Origin: the human T2T-CHM13v2.0 reference genome, Homo sapiens
Assembly (NCBI RefSeq): GCF_009914755.1
Contig: NC_060934.1
Direction: 5' to 3' (one strand)
DNA length: 64,000 nucleotides
Every line of letters starts with the position of its first letter. Position 1 is the stretch's first letter. Made by a program: the position numbers and the translations under genes. Below the pieces are notes generated by a model that did no database searches, was not told where the DNA came from, and was given only the letters and a program-made list of their open reading frames with translations. Shown here one piece after another: positions 53,775 to 64,000 of this stretch.

Positions 53775-55639
53775 GGAGGCTGTGGAAGAGGGCAACTAAC
53801 TTCTCAGGAGGGATCAGACCATTGCAGGACAGGAGGCCTGTGGAAGGAAAAGAAGACAGGAGGAGATGGTTTTCTTATTTTAGAAAAAAGAAAGGTTTTC
53901 TTCTTTTAGACACCTGGGCCATGACTCTTCACTTGTTCTTTCTCAAGAACAGTCTGGACACTGAGACCAGAACCTGGGACTTTTAAATTTTAAGCATATT
54001 TTTATGTATATGTTGTCCTGTCTAGCGGAGGGTGGGGGAGTCTTTCTTTTTTTTCTTTGCATAAATCTCTAAATTAAAATTCTCCAGCTATTGTTACACA
54101 TAAATTCCAGGGCTGCACAGATCGATCTGAGTGTTCCCATTAAGTTTCTGATTCTAATGAAGGGAGGACTTTACAGCATCTTCCACTGTCTCCCAACGCA
54201 TCACACCTCTTCCTGCTTTTCCCTGACCCACCTGCCATTTAGAAAAACATATTCTCTCAGCCCTGCTTTGTGCTCTAAATGTTAAATACATTTGATTGTC
54301 CATACAATTTTATTTGAAATTCAATATCTGCTTTGGACAGAAAGTGTTATTGACCTGCTGTATCCATACACTATTTACTTTGAAAATAAAAAAGTGGATT
54401 TACTTTGAAAAGAAAAAAATTTTAATGATTTTTTTAAAATCCTAAGTAATCATGATGATGCCCTTAAGAAAGTTTTTAAAAACATAATTAGACGTATTTT
54501 GTAATTGGGATCATTCAGACTGCCAAGTGTTCAAGCTTTTCCTTATTTGAAGGCACATTAATTTTTTAAAATAATCATTAACGAAGAATTTACTTCTCTT
54601 AAAACTAGGTTAGCTATTGTTCTCTCTCTGTCTCAACTAATGAGTTTGATATTCACAAGAACTAATTGTGAGATTTTGTAAAGCCAATGCTATGTCAACT
54701 ATGCTGGAATAAGACTTTATGAGAAAAACATAAACATACATAAGCTGTCAAATAAATCATTCTGAATGATGTGGTAGAAAGCTTGGTGCTAGGAGACCTG
54801 ATAGGAATTTTAATTTACCCATTTACTTATTCATCAAAAGTATATAAAGCACTGATCCTAAGAGAAGCAGCAAAGCCAGCTGCAATTTCCCAGCAGTGTA
54901 ACCTTGCGCCAATGACTATATCCTCTCTGATCCTTTGTCACCCTAAATGTAACATGAAGGAAAAAATATCCATTACAGCATAATATAATAATTACTATAA
55001 AATATAATATTTACCCAAGATTCTTATGAGTATCTGATGAGGTGACATACTAAAATAGATGAGACAACAGAGTTGGAAGCATTTTAGAAGACCTAAAGTC
55101 ATTAGTGGTGTTTGTGCTAATAATGAAACATCTATTACTCTGGGTCCTTTGCTGAGTTCCATAAGAAGGAGAAGGTTATGTAAGACCTTATTGTGGGCTT
55201 TACATGCTTTGGCATCCAGTACAATGGAAAGAGTTAGAAAATAGAGGAGCATTGAAAGAGAATCCCCAAGGCTGGGTTTAGTACTGCAATTTGCAAATGA
55301 GGGCATTAGTGAAAAGCATCCTCCATGGATGTGAAGCAGAACTTGCAGTAGGCAGCAGTGCTCTGGGAGGGCATTTTAGAGGGGGATACACAGCACTGAA
55401 CCTTGAAAGATGGAGAAACTCAGTGAACACAGATGGGTCCGGAAATGCACACAGGACATCAGTCTACTTACAGGATGGTTTCCGAGAGCAACAAAGTGAG
55501 TGAAAAGACTAACAACTAAAAATGAGGAGAGGTTTGGATAGCAGAGAAGAGTGGAGTGATTCTTCCTTAAAGGGGAATTGACACTTAACATCAGATGAAT
55601 GACTTAGAACCTAGATCTATCAGTTATACTTTGCACTGA

Positions 55640-55770
55640 AAAGCTACAAACTTTTAACACTTAGCTGTCCCATCTGTGAATCTCTGTGGCTCATTATTGC
55701 TGTGAGGATTAGGTGAAATAAATACATCACAGTGTCTGGCATATATTAAATTCCTAATAAACTTTCAGTT
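55640..55770 (+). mobile_element. MIR fragment
   Basis: TTGCTGTGAGGATTAGGTGAAATAAAT...CACAGTGTCTGGCATATATTAAATTCCTAATAAA. Confidence 0.6.
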
Positions 55771-57069
55771 TTATTTTTCTACTTTCCTTTTCCTTCTCTT
55801 TATATTGGCAGTGGGGTTTCTGGCCCTTAATTTAGAGTGGAAACACCTTATGGTTTTCTCTTATCACATTTTATGACTTAGATATCTCTTATGTTTATAT
55901 CATCTGCTCCCTACATAGTCTGGGCCCGGAAATGATTATACTCAGAGCATCTCTAGCAAGACAGCTAGATAAGCAGATAAATGCAGCCCTCAACTTTTTA
56001 TTAATCAATTGAAACTACTTTTCCATTTAAATCAAAGCCCTTTAAAACTTCCGAATTATATTATTAATGTCCAGGAGAAGATATGCCATCAGTTAAGTAT
56101 CCTCTGCTGCCTATTGGCTGCTGTCTACTTATTGTAAAAAAACTAGCTATTTCTAAGTGTTGATGATTTCAGATTTGAGTTCATCTTGTTAAGTGGTTCA
56201 GAACATCAACTCTTAGCATACATTCCCTACTGCTAAATAAAAGGTGACCCTTCTTTTAATCGTTTTTGTGGTTTCTCATTAGAGAATAGGTAAATAATGA
56301 AATAACTAGAGTCTTCCCTTGCTTTCATTCAGTTTTGTGTTGTTCTTTCCTTCCAGTTCTTTGCAACTACACGATCAAAAACATTTTTTTTGGTGCACAT
56401 TAAAAAGACTAGAGAAATGCTTTAATACTTTCGAAGACTGAATATCTTAAAAATGGCTCCAATTCTACTGTCTTATTCAAGCAAGGTATTTACTTCTTAT
56501 TTCTTTTCTATCCATTTCATGACCTTGTTTTATTTCAAGCACTATCACAGAGTCAGATGGACCTTAACTCACCTGAGCAAAGGCAACCTAGAGCCACACA
56601 GCTGAGCTGCCCTCTTTGTGGCATCACGTTGTCCCTCTGCCCCACAGAGTCACCTCCCCACTTCCCTTTTCCAGCCCTACTGCCCTTTTGTAAGTGTAAG
56701 ACATCATTTCCTCTCAACTGCATAACAGAAATAGCCTCTGAAAGGGCCTTTTTACAGCTGATTTCTTCTGTCTCCAATTCATCGTCCATACTGCATCCAA
56801 AGTCTTCTTGCCACTGCCTTCAAAATTTAAAGCTGATTCCTAAATTATGAATCTTTGTCACTGGGAAGGCAAAGGACAGTTGCATAGTCTGGTTGAGTGA
56901 AGTTTTGCCCACACTTAACTGAAAAAAAAAAAAAAAAGATTCCTGTGCCCCTTCTGAGACTTGCTGAATCAGATTTGAGGAAAAATCCTGGAAATCTATA
57001 AACTTAGTAAGCATAATAAGTGACATTTATAAGTGGCCTCTTTAGAAAGCCAGCCCTGCAGAGTACACA

Positions 57070-57260
57070 GAATGAAAATCTAAAAGTCTGAGAATCCCAG
57101 GTTAGAATTGCAATACTGCATTTAACATCTGCAGAGAGCTTCCAGGCAAGTCACTTAACTTCCCTGACTACATTTTCCCATTGAAAAACAGAGGTATTAC
57201 CAACTTACACTCATCACTACTCTGAGGCTCAAATATGACAAAATACATAAAAAGGCTGAC
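57070..57260 (+). mobile_element. MIR
   Basis: CAGGCAAGTCACTTAACTTCCCTGACTACATTTTCCCATTGAAAAA core. Confidence 0.7.
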
Positions 57261-59242
57261 ACTCAATGTATAATTGAACCTTCCACTTCCCTTTTTGATC
57301 TAAACAATTACTCTTCTGAATATGGTGGAAAGGTTGAATGGTACATTTCTCCCTCCTTCCCTGCTACCCTGCCCCCCACATGCCAGCTGGGCTTGCAAAA
57401 GGCAGAACTGGATTCCAAAATTATAGCAGCAGCCAGTATGGTCTTCGGTTTCCCTGCAGACACATGAGTCAATGGAGACCCACAGGACTGAAACATAGAG
57501 GGTTTATGTTTCCCTGAAAAGCAACAGAACTGGCGAAAACAGCTCTGTTTCTCAGAGATGAGTGCAAACTGGACTTATAATGAAAAGTCACCAGGATGTG
57601 CCCAGAGAAGTTTCCAGCAGGAACACCTGCCCAAAGAATAATGTGGGACCGTGCTTCAGCACCACATTCCAGAACTCTGAGTCCAAACAGACCCAGACTA
57701 CCGGGAAGCTCCTGCAAGCAGAGCAGGACAGGTGTTGATGCACATCTGAGACGGGGAGTTCCTGGGCTCAGGAGAAGGGAAAGCCTCCTGAGCAGCAGCC
57801 CAGCAGGGAGAGAGGCACTAGCCAGTGGGTCTACGTCCAAGAACTGCCACAAAGGTCTTAATGCATGGTGCCAACACTATACTCTGGCTATTGCCAAGCT
57901 TGACTCCTCAGAGGATCTCTGGGGTCATAACTTGCTCTACACAATTGTTCTGAAGGTGATTGCAGGTGTGATTTCTAGAGGTGGCCTGAGGCAGGCTCAA
58001 GTGGACCCCAGATTATTGAGACCTAGAAATGGGAGGCACACACTCTGGTTAGGTGGGCAGATGTTTAATGTGGAATCCAGTATGGGGCATGGTTTGTAGG
58101 CAGCATTTTGCAGAAAATATGTCCAATATGCCCTGCCTGGTTTTGTGAGGCCAGTTCCAGTCCCCTCACTAACCTTTCCTGGAGTCTGGATGGCTTGATT
58201 AAGATTCTGGACCACAGAGAACCCAGACAACTGAAGCTATCTTTCCCTGCAAGTGGCCACTAAGGGGTCTTTCCTTTCTTCTAAAGCTCAAAGCTTCAAA
58301 ATAGTGGTGTGAGGTTGAATAAGCCATTTAATCTCCTCAGTACTCTCAAGTATATAGCGGGGCTAACAGGCTGACTGCGGCTAACTAGGATAACAATTCG
58401 AATGCCTAGTATACCTGTTGTAGAGTGCTAGCCTCATTGTTATTCCCCTTTTACTTTTCCTTCTTCTGCCAGAGAGATCATCTGGGTATTCATTTGTGTG
58501 CTTACCGTCTGACACTTGCATTTACATCATTATCTGCCACTCCAGGTTATTTTTCTCCTCTGAGAGCCAAGGATGACAAAATCTTCCTTAGGGTAATCCT
58601 ACCTGTGGAGAGAGGGCAAGTACGAATGGTGTTTCTCTAGTACCTGCAGGACTAGTAGGTGTGGGGATGTAAGAGCACTGAAATGAAAAAGTGAACATCC
58701 TTAGAGACTGGCTGCTTTGGGAGTAAGGCAGATGTTCTAACGATTTAGAGAAACTCTCAGAACAAAGCAGGGATAGGCTTTGGGAACCAGGATATGGGAT
58801 TCTGAAGTGGGAACAAATCCAAAGAAGCATCATTCACTCATTTCACACATTTATCAAGACACTAGAATGTGACAGTGAACCTATCAGACTTGCTTCTAGG
58901 CTTATAGAGCTGAGAGAGTGGTGAGGGAGACTGTTATGTGGTCAGAATGGTGCACCATCAACGTTCCCCCACTCCCAGTTAGGACTAAGGCACTGATTCT
59001 CCCAGCTACTGGGAGGCTTGGCTGCTGACAGGTGAGAGCTCACAGCTGTATATCTCTTCCAGAATTGCCTTTGCTGAGGAGAGCTGACACAGGTGTCAGC
59101 TAGCATCTTGCAGCTGGTAGACACAGGGACCCAGCCCTCTTCCCTCATCTCAGACAAATTTTATCTTCAGAGTAACCCCAGGGCTTGACTGAGGTCTCCG
59201 TTGCAGCTGCATTACAGTTCACTTGTTCCCTAGACCCAGTTC

Positions 59243-60762
59243 TTTTTTTTAATTGACGTATAATTCACGCATTATAAAATACATCCATTTAAAGTATAAA
59301 ATTTGGTAGTTTTTTAGCATATACATAAAAAGTTCTTCAAACATCACCCCTATCTAATTCCAGAGTTCTCATCACCTGCCTGCCAATAAAACCAAAAACA
59401 ACAACAAAACAACAGCAACAAAAATCCATACTCATTAGTAGTTGCCCCTCATTCATACCTACCCCCATTCCCTGGAAACCACTAATCTACTTTCTGTCTC
59501 TATGGCTTTGCCTGTTTCAGACATTTTATTTTACATCTTATTATACTTACGTAGCCTTTTGTATCTGGCTTCTTTCATTCAGCATAAACTTTTCAAGGTT
59601 CTTTTACATTGTAGCTTGCAACACCATTTCATTATTTTTATTGTCAAATAATACTGAATTGCATGGATATACCACAGTTTATCTTTTTATCAACTGATGG
59701 GCATCTTTCCTCTTTTTGATTATTATAAACAATGCTTCTTTGAATATTCATGTGCAAGTTTTTGAGTAGACATGTGTTTTTAATTCTCTTCTCTATATAC
59801 CCAGAGGTGAAATTGCTGAGTTATATGGTAGCTTTATGTTAAACATATTGAAGAACAGTCAAATTGTTTTCTGAAGGGGTTACCCCATTTTTCATTCTCA
59901 CCAGCAATGTATGCGGGGCTTCGACTTTTCTGTGTCCTTCCCATTACTTGCTATTACCTGTCTTTTTGATTCTAGTTATAGTAGTGTGTGTGCCGTGGTA
60001 TTCCATTGTGATTTTTATTTTCCTCTACCTAACAGCTAGTAATATTGAGCATCTTCTTATGTGCTTACAGGCTGTTTGTATATTTTTTTTGAGAAATGTA
60101 TATACAAATATTTTGCCCATTTTTTAATTATAGACACTTTTTTTTTTTTTTTTGAGGCAGGGTCTCACTCTGTCACCCAGGCTTTAGTGTAGTGGCATGA
60201 TAATGGTTCACTTCAGCCTTGACCTCCTGGGCTCAAGTCATCCCCCCATTTCAGCCTCCCAAGTAGTTGGGAATACAGGTGTGCACGACCATGCCCAGCT
60301 AACTTATTTGCTTAGAGACAGGGTCTCACTGTGTTGCCCAGGCTGGCCTTGAGCTCCTGGACTCAAGACATCCTCCTTCCTCAGCCTCCCAAAGTGTTGA
60401 GATTACAGAGGTGAGCCACCACACCCAGTCAGTTGGTCATTTTTTATTATTGAGTTGTCAGAGTTCTTTATGTATTATACATCCAAGTCCTTTATCAGTT
60501 ACATGATTTACAAATATTTTCTCCCATTCTCTATGCTGTCTTCACTTTCTTCATGGTGTTCTTTAAAGTACAAACATTTGTCATTTTGATGAAGTCAGGT
60601 CTATCTTTTTTATTGTTTTGTTGCTTGTGCTTTTGGTGTTATATCTAAAAAATCATTGCCTAACCCAAGGTCATGAAGATTTGCACCTATGGATTTATTT
60701 CTAAGAGTTTTATAATTTCAGCTCTTATATTTATATCTTTGATACATCTTGAGTTAATTTTT
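59243..60762 (-). mobile_element. L1MB-type 3' end (5'-truncated), interrupted by AluJ
   Basis: TTAATTGACGTATAATTCAC 3' terminus, CCCTGGAAACCACTAATCTACTTTCTGTCTCTATGG; CAGTTCT on both flanks. Confidence 0.88.
60138..60430 (-). mobile_element. AluJ
   Basis: GAGGCAGGGTCTCACTCTGTCACCCAGG...CAGCCTTGACCTCCTGGGCTCAAG. Confidence 0.92.
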
Positions 60763-61911
60763 TCCTTTGTGCAGTTCTGATCATCCCAATACTTTACAGG
60801 TATTGCTCCCAAGTACACTACCCAATAAATCTCTTACACTAAAATATTTATCTAAAGTTTATTTTTCTAGAATCAGACAGATTATTCATAGAAGTACAGG
60901 TACAATATGGTAATTGAGGAAGTGGTGGAAACTCTAAGCACAGCTGTCCAGGCAGGGTTCTGACGGCTGGCATCCTTCCAAAGGGCAGGCAGTCCTGTAG
61001 AACATCCTTACTGGTTTGGACTTCTTTTTTCCCAGCTTTGCTCTAAAATCTATACTATTTTATGACAGTGTTTCAGTCGTAGAGTTCAAAGCACAGGCAA
61101 ATTGACATTCAAAACTTATTATCGGATGAAGTTACATATCTGTTTATATATTTCAACAAGGGAAAGCTAATCAATATTCTGTAGCAATTGTTACCATGTA
61201 ACATACGATTAAATATTATAAAAGTGAGCCTATTACATGAGAAATAAATATAATTATGTTTGGTCCAGGCTGTTAAAAATGCATACTTTCTATATATTAT
61301 ATGTTAATGTGCAAGATGGAGTGGATTTCTGCTTATTTATTTAAAAAGAAATTAAAGTAGTACATTTAGCATACATTGTGTGTCTAGATGTTTACAGATT
61401 GATTGTCTTTTTGGAGATATTTTAGCTTATTGTATTGTACCATGGAGTAAACTTTATGCTCAGAAGTTCTAAAGGAAAAAGTGTAAGAGATTACTGGAAT
61501 TGAAGATTTTTGCATTTATATGTTTAAATTAAATTTTGATTAGCTGTTTTAAGCTTTGTCAAGCATTAGGAGCTCATAATCATAGAGAGTTTGATATGAA
61601 GGATACCATAATCAGCTACTCTGTGCTTTCATTTTACATAAAAAGAATCTTCAACTCAAAGAAGAAGACTGGGGTAATTGGCCCCAGGTTGTGGATGAAT
61701 CAGCTATGACTCCATTTGGTATCCATATCTGACCATTCCTAGCCCCAGGGCTCAGTTCTTGCAACAAGCTGCCTGGATGTTTTCCAATGTGGCTCAATGC
61801 TGTTAATTTAAAAGATGCGTAAGTTTCTGTTAAGACATTTGTGAGTTGGGGCAGAGGAATAAAAGGCATGTAGCTTTTTTCATCAAGTGTGACAACACCT
61901 GGGTGTTAGGA

Positions 61912-62346
61912 AACACACGTAATCAACTTAGATGCTCATCAGTGGTGGGCTGGATGAAGAAAATGTGGTACATATATACCAGGGAATACTACACAGCCAT
62001 TAGAAAGTGAAATCATATCCTTTTCAGCAACATGGATGCAGCTGGTGGCCCTTATCTTAAGCAAAATAATGCAGGAAGAGAAAGACAAATACTGCATGTT
62101 CTCACTTACAAGTGGGAGCTAAGTACTGAGTGCACATGGACGCAAAGATGGGAACAACAGACACTGGGCCTACTTGAGGTGGGAGGGTAGGAGGAGGGTG
62201 AAAAGCAAAAACTACCTATCGGGTATTATGCTTACCACCTGGGAGAGGACATACCTTGTACACCAAATCCCAGAGACATGCAATTTACCCATGTTACAAA
62301 CCTGCACATGTACCCCCTGCACCTAAAATAAATGTTGAAAAAAAAA
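61912..62346 (+). mobile_element. L1PA15-17-like 3' end
   Basis: GAAAATGTGGTACATATATACC...TACCTATCGGGTATTATGCTTACCACCTGGG...AACCTGCACATGTACCCCCTGCACCTAAAATAAATGTTG plus poly-A. Confidence 0.9.
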
Positions 62347-63789
62347 GCCACTAAAATAGTATTTCACATCACTTTTCATTGCTAACAGTTTGTTCCGTCA
62401 AAATACTTTCTAAATGGATCCATTATTGTTTGTCAGTATATAATAACGTGTGTAAATTCCCATAGATATGCCTGAGTTTTACACTTTTCATTTCATATCA
62501 GAGAAAAAAGCTTGAAAAATAACTCTTGATATTGAGAATTTTAACAGTGAGATTTTATTATACTCAAATGAACAAGTTCTCATCTTCATAGCCCATATGT
62601 GAGACTTTTTGTTACCAAATTGTAAAAAAAAAAAAAAAAAAATCATGTAACGTAGATTAAAAATCTAATTTCAAAGACTGGAACAACAACAAAAAGAAAA
62701 CAAAGGCAACAGCACACAGATGACTGTGACTTGCCTTTGGCCCATCTGCAGATATTAAAGCCCTGGGGCCAGAAGCAAGTCTTTCTCTTGCTGAGAGAGG
62801 ACCTGCCTGCAGCAACTCCTAGGAAGGCTGATGAGCAGGTAGTACTTCCTGGAGCAGAATGGGCCACCCTTCTCCTTTGGCTCCATTCAGAGGAATAGCC
62901 CCAGGGAGAGGTCCTGGAAAGTATTATAATAATTGCAGAAATGAAAGAAAAAACCCTTGTTCTGAAGCAAAGGGTGGACTTTTAATTTTAATAGTAGCTA
63001 ATTATCCATGTCTGTAATAATTCTGCTGTTTTTGATGTTTTTAAAGATTAAAAACAAAATCTCAGAATAGCTTTCATAAATCAATTTGACCTTGCCGTGA
63101 AACCAAAACAACGGTTAATTCACTCGAAGCAGAGATATAATAGGTTCAAATAGCAACATATCTCCCAGAGTCAATTTCAACAAGACAAAAACAGAATAAA
63201 GTGGTTCATATTTTTATGTTAAAAGTAATTTTATAGGATTCCTTTTGTTGCGCTGAATTTAAATAAATCATTATAAACCTAATATATGCCTAATACTGTC
63301 ACCATGCTGTGGCAACCACTGTTAATATTTCCATGTGTTTTCTTTGAACTTTTTTTAATTCTTTGCATGGGTTTTTAAAAGAGTGTTTTAGATTCTGTCA
63401 TACCAGATGGAGAAACCTCTGCCCCTACTCTGAAGGGATATCCCCAAATGACATTCCTTGGAATTCTGCATCCCTTGAAAAAGGACGACTGGCTGTCTTC
63501 TGCATGAGCTGTTCCGAGACCCACTAAAATTGGCCAGGGTGACTGGTACAGTCATAGGAGGGTTCAGCCAAGCCATAGCATTGTCCAGAGCAAGGATGGC
63601 GTAAAGAAGGCTTTAACAAAATATATTTGATTATAAAAAAAACTTCTGCTAGGAATGTACAAAGTTCATTGTCCATCCGGACACCCAGGAATAAGTGAGA
63701 GGTACATACTAATTAGTATTTTCTAACATTGCTTACTTCTGCCCCCTACCTAGTCACAGGCTGAGAGAAGAATGCAGCAAGAAGCATCT

Positions 63790-63900
63790 TAACTGGAGGC
63801 CCATTCTAAGTCCATTTTGAGGATGAGGAAACAGGCCAGGGAGGTTAAACGACTTGTCCCAGGTACTGTGGCTGGAAGAGAGGCTATACCTTACCTACTC
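63790..63900 (-). mobile_element. MIR fragment
   Basis: CCATTTTGAGGATGAGGAAACAGGCCAGGGAGGTTAAACGACTTGTCCCAGG. Confidence 0.7.
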
Positions 63901-64000
63901 TCCTGGGTGCCCTTTTCCCTCTGTCTTTAGAGGAAGTGCATAGATTTTTCTCATTTGGCTCTTGAGACCTGGGATAAACATAGTGCTACCCTAAGTCTTG

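Larger units (their letters stand above)
58938..60878 (+). mobile_element. LTR16-like ERVL LTR split by an L1
   Basis: AGGACTAAGGCACTGATTCTCCCAGCTACTGGGAG...AGAATTGCC, resuming at ~60763 with TACAGGTATTGCTCCCAAGTACACTACCCAATAAA. Confidence 0.75.

Noticed and set aside
63392-63505. Possible terminal exon after GTTTTAG (…SVIPDGETSAPTLKGYPQMTFLG…)
   Set aside because: Interrupted pyrimidine tract, no recognisable protein and no supporting partner exon.

Overview
Primate (most likely human) nuclear genomic DNA: AT-rich, no CpG island, densely populated by interspersed repeats. I find no recognisable protein-coding gene, RNA gene, CRISPR array or prokaryotic system, and I cannot name the locus. 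The only long ORFs with identifiable products are frameshifted LINE-1 ORF2 pieces (18515-20472) and a Tigger/MER44 HTH remnant. Most other entries in the ORF track are repeat-derived or use non-ATG starts. About half or more of the window is TE-derived: ten Alus, L1s of several ages, L2, MIR, MER5/MER44 DNA elements, and THE1, MST, MLT1, MER31-, MER52-, MER66- and LTR16-like LTRs. Subfamily names are recalled from memory and need RepeatMasker/Dfam confirmation; boundaries of old elements are approximate. Worth a second look: (i) several fold-back templated-insertion scars, two of which share a twin-hairpin architecture; (ii) a 26-bp palindrome with two inverted TEAD motifs in non-repeat DNA; (iii) splice-site and promoter signals suggesting spliced non-coding transcripts on both strands; (iv) a ~15.6-kb nested TE stack containing a two-LTR MST element. 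None is established as a new biological system; each is a hypothesis with a stated test.
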